A DNA stretch of 64,000 nt, from NCBI GenBank assembly GCA_963749085.1, contig CAVVLG010000003.1, positions 155,380 to 219,379 of the forward strand, written 5' to 3'. Shown piece after piece: positions 20,182-30,187 of this stretch. The notes below the pieces were generated by a model. That model was not told the DNA's origin. It saw nothing but the letters and a program-made list of their open reading frames with translations, and did not search any database. A program made the translations under genes and the position numbers. Each line of letters starts with the position of its first letter. Positions within the stretch are counted from its first letter, which is position 1. This DNA comes from Candidatus Adlerbacteria bacterium (GTDB lineage Bacteria > Patescibacteriota > Minisyncoccia > Phycocordibacterales > SBAW01).

Positions 20182-20694
20182 TTGGATACACGCATTAATC
20201 ATCAGATACGCGCGGCGACGGTCCGCGTCATAGGACCCGAAGGGGAGAATGTTGGGGTTGTTCCTCTGTCGGAGGCAATAGCGAAGGCACAAGAGTATGG
20301 GCTCGATCTTATTGAGATATCACCCAACGCTGTCCCGCCTGTTGCAAAAATAATGGAGTATGGTAAATTCCATTACGAACAGGAGAAAAAACGCCGTGAT
20401 ATAAAGGCGAAGTCGCATACGACCGAGACGAAATCCGTACAGGTCAAAATTGGCACGGGCGACCATGACATGCAGCTTAAAGCCAAAAAGGCGGCCGAGT
20501 GGCTCGCCGAAGGGCACCGAGTAAAAGTCGACCTGTTCTTGTGGGGACGTTATAAATACATGGAGTTTGGCTTTCTCAAGGAGCGACTCGAACGCTTCCT
20601 AAAATTGATACCGCATGAATACAAGCTCGCCGAACCGATAGCAAAGAGTCCCAAAGGACTCGCGACCGTGCTGGAGCGTGTTGGGAAAAAATAG
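20182..20694 (+). CDS. infC: Translation initiation factor IF-3 (non-ATG start)
   Basis: RINHQI, LDLIEISP, PPVAKIMEYGK; no in-frame ATG before RIN. Confidence 0.95.
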   Translation: MDTRINHQIRAATVRVIGPEGENVGVVPLSEAIAKAQEYGLDLIEISPNAVPPVAKIMEYGKFHYEQEKKRRDIKAKSHTTETKSVQVKIGTGDHDMQLKAKKAAEWLAEGHRVKVDLFLWGRYKYMEFGFLKERLERFLKLIPHEYKLAEPIAKSPKGLATVLERVGKK

Positions 20695-20695
20695 C

Positions 20696-20896
20696 ATGAA
20701 AACGAATAAATCATTCACCAAGAGGCTCAAAATCACCCGCAACGGGAAGCTTGTCGCGCGCAAGCCGGGACAGAATCATTTCAATGCGAAAGAGAGCCGC
20801 AACAAGCAGATGAATAACCGCCGTACACAGCCGTTCAACTTGAGCAAAAAAATGTCTCAGATTTACATCACGACCGCTTCAAAAGCGAAGAATTAA
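20696..20896 (+). CDS. rpmI: 50S protein L35
   Basis: MKTNKSFTKRLKIT; lies between infC and rplT. Confidence 0.93.
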   Translation: MKTNKSFTKRLKITRNGKLVARKPGQNHFNAKESRNKQMNNRRTQPFNLSKKMSQIYITTASKAKN

Positions 20897-20899
20897 TAT

Positions 20900-21268
20900 A
20901 TGGTTAGAGTTAAAGGGGGAACAACTTCCAATAAGCACCGGAAAAATATCTTGGCTATGACCAAGGGCTATCGTTTCAGCCGCTCAACCAAAAAGCGGGC
21001 GGCGCGCGAAGCGATATTCCATGCCGGTAAATACGCTTTTGCCCACCGCCGGGACAAAAAGAACGATTTCCGCAAATTGTGGAACGTCCGCATAAACGCC
21101 GGACTCGATGTGCTCGCGGTCAAGGGCTTAAACGGCAAAGAACTTTCCTACAGCCGACTCATCGACGGGCTCAAAAAAAAGAAAATTTTTATAAACCGCA
21201 AAATGCTCGCGACGCTGGCCGAGAAAAATCCGGAAACGTTCGCAAGAATAATAAAACAGGTCGCGTAA
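20900..21268 (+). CDS. rplT: 50S protein L20
   Basis: MVRVKGG, FRKLWNVRINA, NRKMLA. Confidence 0.97.
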   Translation: MVRVKGGTTSNKHRKNILAMTKGYRFSRSTKKRAAREAIFHAGKYAFAHRRDKKNDFRKLWNVRINAGLDVLAVKGLNGKELSYSRLIDGLKKKKIFINRKMLATLAEKNPETFARIIKQVA

Positions 21269-21286
21269 AGATCCTCTCTGATAGCT

Positions 21287-21892
21287 TTACGCCGAATCGG
21301 TGTTTTGGAATCTGAAAGAAGCTCGGTTAATCTGGTCTTTTTTCACCATATCGATCACCTGCCCAACTAAGACTTTCGGATCATCTCCGAAAATAATATG
21401 ATCATTGGGACGATGACCGTTGGTGAGAATCAGTTTTATTTCCTCCGCGGTCGGCCAATTACCCTCATAAATGCCAATAGGTTTGTTGTCTTCAAATGCG
21501 ACCGTGAATTCGTGTATGGTGCCAATGCGTCCGCAGCCGAAGAACATGCCGTCAACCGATCGGGTGAAGATGAGGTCGCGTCCTGGATAGCCAAACCCCG
21601 TGTAAATGAGGATGTCGTGATATTCGATCGGTAGGTTATACGTTTCAATATGTTCCTTTTCGGAGCTTGCGGGAGAAAACCCGACTACGAATCCGCCTGC
21701 TTCCTTGGCACCCATCGCCACCCATAGAGGAAAGCCGGTAGTGGCGCCCGTGACGCACATGGCTCCCGCTTTTGCAATTTCCCTGCCGAGTGCTAGGCCC
21801 TTGTCGTACGCATTGGCGCCGCAATGACCCGTCTCCGCAGCCCCCGATATCCCCAATTTCAGGTGGAGGTGTTCGTTCTGTATAGCAACCAT
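21287..21892 (-). CDS. LOG/SLOG-family nucleotide-binding protein
   Basis: TGATTG, GRIGTIHEF. Confidence 0.8.
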   Translation of the reverse strand: MVAIQNEHLHLKLGISGAAETGHCGANAYDKGLALGREIAKAGAMCVTGATTGFPLWVAMGAKEAGGFVVGFSPASSEKEHIETYNLPIEYHDILIYTGFGYPGRDLIFTRSVDGMFFGCGRIGTIHEFTVAFEDNKPIGIYEGNWPTAEEIKLILTNGHRPNDHIIFGDDPKVLVGQVIDMVKKDQINRASFRFQNTDSA

Positions 21893-21904
21893 CTTTTCAT
21901 TCTA

Positions 21905-23272
21905 CTACAAATCGATAGACGCTTTCTCCCCTACTTCGGGCGCAATTGCTTTGATGCCGAGATAATCGCGTATCCGCTGCACCAGAGTTAAGGAAGCTGC
22001 AGGTTCTCCCATAACGACAAATACTTCCTTGAGCGGACCCCCTATTTTATTGACGAACTCCACGAGCTGCTCGCCGTCCATATGGGCGGAATACGCATAA
22101 ATCGCTTCAACACGGCAGTGGACGCTTAGTTTTTTACCTTCTATCTGCACTGTTTTTAATCCTTCGATTAAACGTCGACCTAGACTCCCCGCTGCTTGGT
22201 ATCCAACGATAAGCAGGGTTGATGTTTCGTCCGGCAGTACGTGCGTCTCGTGCTCCCGTACGCGGCCGCCGTTGCTCATGCCAGAACCCGCGATAATTAT
22301 TTTCGGCGAGGCAGCAGAATCCGCTTTGCGGGAATCTTCAACGGTGGGAACAAAGTGAAGCTCTGGAAATGCGAAGATATTCTCTCCGGCTTCGATTCGC
22401 GTACGGATGGTCTCGTTGAAATACTTCGGATACGCGAGGAACGACTGGGTTATTTTATCCGCAAGCGGCGAGTCTATATAGACCGGCATGGAAGGCACTT
22501 TTTTCTGCATTATGAGTTCACGTACTTCAAACAGGAGATCCTGCGTGCGCTCGTTTGAAAACGCGGGGATCAGCAAGGTCCCTCCGCGCGTTGCCGTATC
22601 TTCGATGATATCCTCCAGCGCCTCGCGGCGATGTTCTTTTTCGGGTTGTATGCGGTCGCCATATACGCTCTCCATCACTAAATACTCAATGCCCGCAGGA
22701 TTTTCGGACTCCTGAAGAAGCGGGGAATTGCCGCCGCCTAAATCGCCCGTGAATACAATGCTTTTATCCGCGCGAGTTATTTTAACCATAGCCGAGCCCA
22801 GAATATGTCCGGAATTGAGGAACTCAACGCTACACTCATCGACCAGCGGCATTTTTTGGTGATAGGAATGGCCTTCCCATAAGCGCATCGCGGCGGCAAT
22901 ATCCTCTTCGGTATACAACACCTCGGTGTTGCAGCGACGTGCTTCCTGCAGAAGTATTTCCATGCTGTCGAGAAGAAGCGGTCCGCTTATAGCTTTGGTC
23001 GCATCCGTCGATAGTATCCTGCCGTGAAAACCTCTTTTGACCAGAAGCGGAATGCGTCCAACGTGATCGATGTGCGCGTGCGTGACCAACAGGAATGAGA
23101 TATCTTTCGGCTCAAAGGGAAACGGATTCCAATTGGTGTCCTCACAGGTATGCTCGCCTTGCGTAAGCCCGCAGTCTACCAACAATTTCGTGCCACCGGT
23201 GTCGAGTAAAAAATTCGAGCCCGTCACCGAGCCCGCTCCGCCGTAAAAATACACGGTCGATTGCTTCTGCAT
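21905..23272 (-). CDS. MBL-fold beta-CASP ribonuclease
   Basis: THAHIDH, GHILGS, MESVYG, SAHMD. Confidence 0.93.
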   Translation of the reverse strand: MQKQSTVYFYGGAGSVTGSNFLLDTGGTKLLVDCGLTQGEHTCEDTNWNPFPFEPKDISFLLVTHAHIDHVGRIPLLVKRGFHGRILSTDATKAISGPLLLDSMEILLQEARRCNTEVLYTEEDIAAAMRLWEGHSYHQKMPLVDECSVEFLNSGHILGSAMVKITRADKSIVFTGDLGGGNSPLLQESENPAGIEYLVMESVYGDRIQPEKEHRREALEDIIEDTATRGGTLLIPAFSNERTQDLLFEVRELIMQKKVPSMPVYIDSPLADKITQSFLAYPKYFNETIRTRIEAGENIFAFPELHFVPTVEDSRKADSAASPKIIIAGSGMSNGGRVREHETHVLPDETSTLLIVGYQAAGSLGRRLIEGLKTVQIEGKKLSVHCRVEAIYAYSAHMDGEQLVEFVNKIGGPLKEVFVVMGEPAASLTLVQRIRDYLGIKAIAPEVGEKASIDL

Positions 23273-23322
23273 AATAGAAGCATTGTAACAAAAAATTCCA
23301 CCCTGCGGTGGAAGTTTTTGTT

Positions 23323-23440
23323 GGACTCCGGAAGCTCGTCCTGGTTTTCACCAGGTGGGTGCCCTGTGTGCGGCCTTTACGGTCGCCCAACTCCAAGCTC
23401 CCGATTGTGTGTTTAAGGACTTTGCTCCCGTAGTCCTTCC
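23323..23440 (-). ncRNA. ssrS: Probable compact 6S RNA
   Basis: Closing stem GGACT-A-CGGGAGC/GCTTCCG-G-AGTCC; internal GGGAGC and GGGCACCCACC; TGaTATAAT promoter; terminator 23290-23320. Confidence 0.6.
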
Positions 23441-23473
23441 TCCATTATATCAAACTTTTTAGGAACGCAAGTC

Positions 23474-24058
23474 CTACTCGTCTATCCCAAAACGCTTATA
23501 TTTAAATATCGTCTTTTTTCCGAACCAATGAGCTATTTCGTGCTTAGCCTCGGCCGAAGTTTCGCTCGCGTGAACCAAATTAAAGACTGCGCGACGTTCA
23601 ATATTGGCCGAGACCGCCGAGTCCACCGAGTAGTCCCCCCGCACGGTACCCATTTCGGCGAGGTTGGGCATCGTGGGGCCGACTATTTTGCGCACCATGT
23701 CAACCGAATGCACACCCTGGACGACCATGCGCACCATGGGAGCGGAGGACATAAAGTCCAGAAGCCAGCCGCGCACGGTTTTGCCTATTTTAATGAGGTC
23801 GCTCGTGCCAAAATCGTCTTTGACATTGTAGCCGTAGTGTACATAGTTGGCCATAGTTTTCTCACCAATGCGGCGCAACCATTTCTCGTCTTTCGGGTAA
23901 TGGCCGTCCATCTCTTTGCGCGAGGAGTGGAACATCTCAAGGGCCACGATTTTCAAATCGCGCTGCTCAAAGCGCTTGATTATCTCGCCGACGAGCCCTT
24001 TGCGCACGCCGTCGGGCTTGATCAAGACGAACGTCTTTTCTTCCTTCGGATTTTGCAT
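23474..24058 (-). CDS. ndk: Nucleoside diphosphate kinase
   Basis: TFVLIKPDG, GTVRGDY, NLVHAS. Confidence 0.95.
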   Translation of the reverse strand: MQNPKEEKTFVLIKPDGVRKGLVGEIIKRFEQRDLKIVALEMFHSSRKEMDGHYPKDEKWLRRIGEKTMANYVHYGYNVKDDFGTSDLIKIGKTVRGWLLDFMSSAPMVRMVVQGVHSVDMVRKIVGPTMPNLAEMGTVRGDYSVDSAVSANIERRAVFNLVHASETSAEAKHEIAHWFGKKTIFKYKRFGIDE

Positions 24059-24095
24059 CCCAGTACCTTACAATAATTCCATTAAAAACACAATA

Positions 24096-24854
24096 TTATT
24101 GCGTCAAAATTTCAGGACCATCCTTGGTAACCAAAATAGTGTGTTCGAAATGCGCCGCACGCGAGCCGTCTTTGGTGGCATAGGTAAACCCATCGTCTGT
24201 ATCCACCATGACGCCGGAGCGCTCGGCAAAAATCGGCTCTATGGCGATAACCAACCCTTCGACAATTTTTTCTCCTTCACCTTGGTTTCCAAAATTAGGA
24301 ACAAAGGGATCTTCGTGCACCGCGGCACCAACACCGTGGCCCCGTAAATCTTTAACGATCCCCAGCTTGTATTTTTTTGCTACTGCGGCAACCACAGCGC
24401 CAATGTCACCAATATAGCCACCGACGCGAGCAGCAGCAATACCTGTCCTGAGCGCTTCCTCAGTTCCGAGAAGTAAATTGCGGGCCTTGAGATCTATCTG
24501 CCCTACCGCAAGCGTGTGCGCGGTATCCATAAAAAATCCCTTGTATGATAGTCCGAAGTCAATCGAGACCACATCCCCTTCTCGCAAAATTTTTTGCGGA
24601 GTCGGGGGGCTGTGCGCGATATCGTTGTTTATAGAAACACACAGCGCTGCAGGGTATACGTTTCCTTCCTTAACCTTGTGTCCGAGATAGGAAGGGGTCG
24701 CTCCAAGTCGCGCAGTGGTGACACGCGCAGCAGCTTCGAGATCCATGGAAGATACATCGGGAGCGACGAGCTTCAGTACTTCGTGCACTACTTGTGCCAT
24801 GCGTTTGCCCGCCTCCCGCAAGTTTTTTATTTCTTCCTCAGTCTTTGCAATCAT
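24096..24854 (-). CDS. map: Methionine aminopeptidase type I
   Basis: SIDFG, DTA, GHGVG..VHEDP, AIEP, AHFEHT. Confidence 0.95.
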   Translation of the reverse strand: MIAKTEEEIKNLREAGKRMAQVVHEVLKLVAPDVSSMDLEAAARVTTARLGATPSYLGHKVKEGNVYPAALCVSINNDIAHSPPTPQKILREGDVVSIDFGLSYKGFFMDTAHTLAVGQIDLKARNLLLGTEEALRTGIAAARVGGYIGDIGAVVAAVAKKYKLGIVKDLRGHGVGAAVHEDPFVPNFGNQGEGEKIVEGLVIAIEPIFAERSGVMVDTDDGFTYATKDGSRAAHFEHTILVTKDGPEILTQ

Positions 24855-25423
24855 GACAGATCAAGCGCTTTGAGAATCTCTGAATGAACTGCTTCGATTG
24901 TTTGGTCGCCGTTAATGACAATGAGTTTACCCTCTTGTTTAAAATAGTGTACCGCTCTCAGTGTCAGGGTACGAAATTTTTCAAACCGCTCCGCGAGCGC
25001 TGCTTTCGCATCATCGGCACGTCCTTCTATCGCTTCGCGCTTATGGAGCCGCTTAGTGAGCGCCTCTTCGCTCGCTTCAAGATATAGTGCGACGTAGGGT
25101 CGCTCAAGCCACAAGGCTACTTCATGGAACCGTCGCGCTTCTTCCTCACTGCGACACGAACCCTCAAACACTATGTTGTCGGATGGTTCGAGGCCGATAA
25201 GAGCTTCTTCAAATAAGTATTGCGATACCCACACCGGCATGAGATCACCCGCCGTCATAACCGCTTTTGCCCGGTTGCCAAAATAGCTCCCCGTTGCAGC
25301 CATTTCGCGCAACCGTGCACCGGAGGAATACACCGTGCCGCCGATTCTATCCGCGAGCAGTTTGGCCTGGGTACCTTTGCCTGAACCCGGCGCTCCTATC
25401 ATCAAGAAGGTTTTTATTTCCAT
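24851..25423 (-). CDS. adk: Adenylate kinase (short form)
   Basis: GAPGSGKGTQA, GRADD; follows secY. Confidence 0.9.
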   Translation of the reverse strand: MEIKTFLMIGAPGSGKGTQAKLLADRIGGTVYSSGARLREMAATGSYFGNRAKAVMTAGDLMPVWVSQYLFEEALIGLEPSDNIVFEGSCRSEEEARRFHEVALWLERPYVALYLEASEEALTKRLHKREAIEGRADDAKAALAERFEKFRTLTLRAVHYFKQEGKLIVINGDQTIEAVHSEILKALDLS

Positions 25424-25426
25424 TCC

Positions 25427-26698
25427 TTAATACTCCCGTATAGAAATCTGCGCGTCAACGCGGCGCGAGAGATCCAAAATAACTGAAACGACGATGAGAA
25501 GCGCTGTGCCACCCAAGGTGAGCGACTGGATGCCGGTTACCGACTGCATGATTATTGGCAAGACCGCGATGATACCAAGAAAAAGTGCACCCACGAGTGT
25601 GATGCGGGTTATCACCTTGGCCAAATAATCCGAGGTCGAACCACCGGGACGCACGCCGGGAATAAAGGCGCCGTTCTTTTGGAGATTTTCGGAGATGCTG
25701 TGCGGATCGAAAGTCACCGCCGTATAGAAATAGGTGAAGAGGACGACGAGCACGAAGTAGAGCAAACCATAGATGCCGAGGTTCTGAAACCAGCTCAAAA
25801 TAGCGCCCGATATCGCGGCGAGGATATGGTTGCTTGAGGTCTGAAAGAACGTGGCAAACATCTGCGGTATAAGGAGAAACGACAACGCAAAGATAATCGG
25901 AATGACACCTGCCTGATTGAGTCGAAGCGGCAGATACGTCGAGGAGCCGCCGAAGAATTTCATCCCACGCACGCGCTTGGCATACGTCACTGGCACCGGA
26001 CGCTCAGCCTCCGAGATAATCACTACCGCAGCAACCACTGCGAATGCGGCGGCGATGAAACCTACATAAATCGGTATCTGGCTCGGCTCAAAGGAAAAGA
26101 GAAGCTGGGAAACGTTATTTGGCAGGCGTGCGACGATGCCCGCGAAAATGATGACGGATACTCCATTGCCAAGTCCGAACTCGGAAATAAGCTCGCCGAG
26201 CCACATGAGAAATATCGAGCCCGCGGTCACCACCACAATATTCACGCCGAGCTGAAAAGGCGTGAGCGACGTGATAATACCTTCGCGCTCAAGAATAAGT
26301 ATGAAACTGATACTCTGCACAATGGCGATTGGAAGCGCCAAGAGACGGGAGTACTGACTGAACTGCTTGCGACCGAGTTCCCCCTCTTCTTGATACAGGG
26401 CTTTCAGCCTCGGAACCATAATGGTCAGAAGCTGCATGACGATGGAGGCAGTAATGTAGGGTCCTACGCCGAGGAGCACTATCGAGAGGTTGGAGAGCCC
26501 GCCACCGGAGAAAAGATTGAGGAGTCCGAAGAATTGATTATTATTGAAAAACAGCTGCAGCTGTGTCGCGTTGATGCCCGGTATCGGAATTGACGCCAAC
26601 ACGCGGAAGACCGCAAGTACGCCGAGCACGAAGAGAAGACGGTTGCGCAATGAAGCGTCCGAAATGAGGAGCGTGAATTTTTGAATAAAGGTATTCAT
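25427..26698 (-). CDS. secY: Preprotein translocase SecY
   Basis: LGVGPYITASI, GNGVS, IPGVRPG, GGTALLI. Confidence 0.98.
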   Translation of the reverse strand: MNTFIQKFTLLISDASLRNRLLFVLGVLAVFRVLASIPIPGINATQLQLFFNNNQFFGLLNLFSGGGLSNLSIVLLGVGPYITASIVMQLLTIMVPRLKALYQEEGELGRKQFSQYSRLLALPIAIVQSISFILILEREGIITSLTPFQLGVNIVVVTAGSIFLMWLGELISEFGLGNGVSVIIFAGIVARLPNNVSQLLFSFEPSQIPIYVGFIAAAFAVVAAVVIISEAERPVPVTYAKRVRGMKFFGGSSTYLPLRLNQAGVIPIIFALSFLLIPQMFATFFQTSSNHILAAISGAILSWFQNLGIYGLLYFVLVVLFTYFYTAVTFDPHSISENLQKNGAFIPGVRPGGSTSDYLAKVITRITLVGALFLGIIAVLPIIMQSVTGIQSLTLGGTALLIVVSVILDLSRRVDAQISIREY

Positions 26699-26701
26699 CG
26701 C

Positions 26702-27148
26702 TTACGCTATGGTGCCGCCCGCTTTTTCTATCTTCTCTTTCGCGCTTTTGGAAACGACACAACCAGAAACAGTGAACTTTTTGGTGAGCTCTCCGTCGCC
26801 GAGTATTTTGACCACCGGACTTTTCGACGCGTGTTTGCGCATGCGGATAAGACCGCGCTCAACGAGCATCTTCGGATTGACCGTATCGCCCGGCGCAAAC
26901 GCCATTTCAAGGGAGGAGAGATTCACGACCAAGGGTTTTGCCTGGATGCTGATAAGCCCGCCCACGCCTCGGCCGCGCAATTTTGGAATTTTCTTTATTT
27001 GCTCGCGAATATTCGGCCATATTTTGTGTCCCGCGCGCGCCTTTTGCCCCTTGGTGCCGCGGCCGGCAGTCTTGCCGCGCAACCCGCCGCGACCGACGCG
27101 TTTTTCGCTTTTTCGGGGAGTTTTTCGTTGTAGTTGGTTGAGTTGCAT
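26702..27148 (-). CDS. rplO: 50S protein L15
   Basis: RVGRG, GKTAGRGTKGQKAR. Confidence 0.97.
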   Translation of the reverse strand: MQLNQLQRKTPRKSEKRVGRGGLRGKTAGRGTKGQKARAGHKIWPNIREQIKKIPKLRGRGVGGLISIQAKPLVVNLSSLEMAFAPGDTVNPKMLVERGLIRMRKHASKSPVVKILGDGELTKKFTVSGCVVSKSAKEKIEKAGGTIA

Positions 27149-27153
27149 AAAGT

Positions 27154-27768
27154 TTAAGCTTTAAGTTTTTTGAGCGCTTCAATGGCGGCGTGCGCATTGT
27201 TGAGACCGTTCTTGCTCCCGGAATGGACTTTGGCGACCGTATTGGTGATGCCCGCAAGCTCCAACACGGGGCGCACGGAAGAACCGGCGACCAGGCCGCG
27301 ACCGTGAGCGGGCATCAGCGACACGCGCGAAGCGCAGTACTTGGCGGAGACCTCGTGCGCTATGGAGGAATCCTTGGTGAGGACAATCGTCAGCAAATTC
27401 TTTTTGGCGTCGCGTACCGCTTTGTCAATCGCAAGCGTCGTGTCCCCCGCCTTACCGAGACCCACGCCGACCTTCCCCTTTTTATTGCCCAGTATGAGTG
27501 CGACCGAGAAAGAGAAGCGTCGTCCGCCGGCCACGACGCGCGCCACGCGGCGGATAGTGATGAGCGACTGGTCAAATTCGCTTTTGCGCTCGGTGCGCCG
27601 ACCCGCGTTCCCGCGGCCTCCACGTCCGCGGCGCTCGCCACGTCCACGGCGATCCCGAGTCCGTCCCGCAGGGGCGTCGGCGGGCACGGGAATATCTGCG
27701 ACGACTTCCTCAATCACTTCAGGCACCTCGGGCTCCACTATTATGTTTTCTTGTATTTCGTCAGCCAT
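27154..27768 (-). CDS. rpsE: 30S protein S5
   Basis: RRVARVVAGGRRFSF. Confidence 0.97.
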   Translation of the reverse strand: MADEIQENIIVEPEVPEVIEEVVADIPVPADAPAGRTRDRRGRGERRGRGGRGNAGRRTERKSEFDQSLITIRRVARVVAGGRRFSFSVALILGNKKGKVGVGLGKAGDTTLAIDKAVRDAKKNLLTIVLTKDSSIAHEVSAKYCASRVSLMPAHGRGLVAGSSVRPVLELAGITNTVAKVHSGSKNGLNNAHAAIEALKKLKA

Positions 27769-27773
27769 ATATA

Positions 27774-28076
27774 TTAAAAAATGAGGCCTCCTCCACGCGC
27801 CGCCTGCGCCAAGGCCATAATTTGTCCAGTATAGCGAAAACCACCGCGGTCAAATACTACTTTCTTGATGCCTTTGGCTTGTGCGCGCTTGGCAAGATCG
27901 CTGCCCAATTGCTTTGCGTTGTCCATTTTACCTGACAGAAGTGTCTTGCCCGCCATATCGTCGATAAGTTGCGCTTCGAGGTAACGGTTCGATTTGTACA
28001 CGCACAATCGCGGGCGCTTTGCAGTTCCCTTTATTTTCGCGCGTATTCTATTGTGACGTCGTTCTCGGTTTTTCAT
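27774..28076 (-). CDS. rplR: 50S protein L18 (short, 100 aa)
   Basis: RPRLCVYKSN, VVFDRGG. Confidence 0.95.
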   Translation of the reverse strand: MKNRERRHNRIRAKIKGTAKRPRLCVYKSNRYLEAQLIDDMAGKTLLSGKMDNAKQLGSDLAKRAQAKGIKKVVFDRGGFRYTGQIMALAQAARGGGLIF

Positions 28077-28080
28077 ATGA

Positions 28081-28614
28081 TTATGCAGCCTTCTTGCCTT
28101 GTTTGCGACGGATGACTTCACCCTCGTAGCGAATACCTTTGCCTTTATAGGGCTCGGGCTTGCGTTGCGCACGAACGTTCGCCGCGAATTGCCCGACCAA
28201 TTCCTTATCAAACCCAGAGACGGTCAGCATACCCTTATCGATAGCAATCGCCAGTCCCTCCGGTACCGGCATTTCAACCTTGTGAGAGAACCCGAGCGAG
28301 AGTACAAGCTTCTTGTCTTGCACTTCCCATTTGTAACCCACACCTTCAACCAGCAATTTCTTGCTATACCCCTTGGTCACACCCTCAAACATGTTGCGGA
28401 TATGGGAGGCGTAGGTGCCGATAAGGGCACGGGATTCAAGCGACCCCGACTTGGGCGACACTTGCACTCCTTCCTTCCCCACTTCAATTAAGACCAGACG
28501 GTGAGTAGGGCGGGTTAGTACTCCCTTAGGACCTTTGACACGCACCAAGCCCTCCGTGACGCTGATTTCGGTCCCGGACGGCGTAGCTATGGGTCTTTTT
28601 GCAAGTCGTGACAT
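28081..28614 (-). CDS. rplF: 50S protein L6
   Basis: VKGPKG, PEPYKGKGIRY. Confidence 0.97.
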   Translation of the reverse strand: MSRLAKRPIATPSGTEISVTEGLVRVKGPKGVLTRPTHRLVLIEVGKEGVQVSPKSGSLESRALIGTYASHIRNMFEGVTKGYSKKLLVEGVGYKWEVQDKKLVLSLGFSHKVEMPVPEGLAIAIDKGMLTVSGFDKELVGQFAANVRAQRKPEPYKGKGIRYEGEVIRRKQGKKAA

Positions 28615-28621
28615 AAATAAT

Positions 28622-29017
28622 TTACCAAATCTCAAACAACGCTTCGCCGCCGACGCGTTTTTCATGTGCTTCTTTGCCGGAAATAACTCCGCTCGGGGTT
28701 GAGAGCACGAGAAGTCCATGGCCGCGTTTGACCGGTTTGATGTCGTGAACGCCCATATACATGCGGCGCGAGGGTTTTGAAATTCTTTTCACACCCGAGA
28801 TCGCCGGGCGACCATTTTTATAAGAAAGTATTATTGAAAGCGAATTTCCGCCAAGCGGATTCTTAACCGTTTTCAATTCGCTGACATAGCCTTCTTTGGC
28901 GAGAATTTCCGCGATGGCAAGCTTCATGCGCGAGTAGGGCGCCGACACGCGGGACTTGCCCGCCATGGAAGCGTTCTGTAAACGGATAAGCAAATCTGCT
29001 ATTGGGTCGGTTACCAT
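28622..29017 (-). CDS. rpsH: 30S protein S8
   Basis: [19 protein letters not shown]. Confidence 0.97.
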   Translation of the reverse strand: MVTDPIADLLIRLQNASMAGKSRVSAPYSRMKLAIAEILAKEGYVSELKTVKNPLGGNSLSIILSYKNGRPAISGVKRISKPSRRMYMGVHDIKPVKRGHGLLVLSTPSGVISGKEAHEKRVGGEALFEIW

Positions 29018-29196
29018 GATGATTTTCGGATGCCCGGTATAAGCCCCTCGTTGGCAGCTTCTCTGAAGCAGGCGCGGCACATGCCAAAATCGCGCATGAA
29101 GGCGCGTTTGCGCCCGCAGCGGAAACAGCGTCGAACCACCCGGGATTTAAATTTGGGTGGGCGGTTTGACCTTGCAACTGTTGATTTTTTTGCCAT
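29011..29196 (-). CDS. rpsN: 30S protein S14, Zn-binding type
   Basis: CFRCG...CRAC, KSSW. Confidence 0.97.
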   Translation of the reverse strand: MAKKSTVARSNRPPKFKSRVVRRCFRCGRKRAFMRDFGMCRACFREAANEGLIPGIRKSSW

Positions 29197-29268
29197 GTAT
29201 ATGATTCTGTTGGTTTCCCCCGTTTGGGGGACCTTGCAGAAAAAAGGAGCCCCGACTGGGCTCACAAG

Positions 29269-29297
29269 ATACTACGCGAATTGGATTTAGAAGTCAA
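29269..29297 (-). promoter_or_regulatory. Sigma70 promoter re-initiating the spc operon after the insert
   Basis: TTGACT-17 nt-TAGTAT on the minus strand. Confidence 0.6.
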
Positions 29298-29437
29298 ATT
29301 ACCTTATAGATTGCAGCGTAGAAGAAGGTCAAAATGGTATTTGAGCTTGTACACGATACGACAATATATTCGTGACTGGCACGCACGTACCCATCAGTCT
29401 GGTGCACAATATCCTTTTTCCGACGTATCCATGCAGG

Positions 29438-30042
29438 TTAAAGATAAAGGCATTGGCGATGCTTTCGGCAACGATGAGTGCAAAAATCGTTGCGGCTGGC
29501 AGAAGCCATTCGTCAGCATAAACAGCATCACGCGCCAGACGGTTGTCGGCTCTGAATTTTTTCAGGCCGCGCAGACGCCTACGCTCGACGAGCCGGCTCG
29601 CCTCCAGCGTCGCGCCGTGAGCAAGCTTTGCCTCTGCAACCGAGGCACGTGCGTCGGCAACCGCGAGTGTCACGTCGAGCTGGCGCGGCATGCGCGCCCG
29701 GATTTTCTCGTCGGCGTCGTGGAGCTGACTTGCGAGAAACTGCTTAAGTAAGTTGGCGCCCGACTGGATTTCAGCCACGATTTGCCGCTGCGGATCGTTC
29801 AGATCGGCATCGTCTTTGTGCGGACGGTTCTCGACGCCATCGTCTCGCGCCCGCTCGACCAAGCGCAATGACCTGGCCAAGCGCTCAAAGGCGGGACGGA
29901 GGTGGTCATTGACCTCCGGTAGCCAGCGAGTACGCGTCCATGTCGGAGATTTGGAGAAGGTATTCATCGAGCCGCGGAAGTTCATGGCAGTCACCTTAAT
30001 TATTGGTTTGAGCGTGGCCAGTTGTCGCCTGGCTGAAGACAT
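29438..30042 (-). pseudogene. N-terminal fragment of a membrane protein, cut by the repeat
   Basis: TM segment ...AESIANAFIFN runs straight into repeat-encoded LHGYVGKRILCT. Confidence 0.6.
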
Positions 30043-30187
30043 CCATGCTTTCGCTGGGTGGTGAGCACAAACTCTTCGCTAAGAAGGTGTCTAAGCGGGA
30101 TCTGTTTTTTGAACAAAGGCATTGCCGGTGCACTAAATGTGAAGAACGGCGTTTCAGGGTTCGAACGCTTCTCGACTACTTGCGCTG

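Noticed and set aside
19872-20195. Overlapping short ORFs upstream of infC
   Set aside because: I cannot tell which, if any, is real; none has recognisable motifs, and no L20-leader structure could be confirmed by eye.
23323-23440. RNase P or SRP RNA
   Set aside because: It is too short for RNase P and has no contiguous GAGGAAAGUCC; the SRP domain IV motif is absent.
29224-29751. ORFs 29224-29751 and 33548-33730 sharing GAQYPFSDVSMQ
   Set aside because: The shared peptide is just the translation of the 38-bp DNA repeat.
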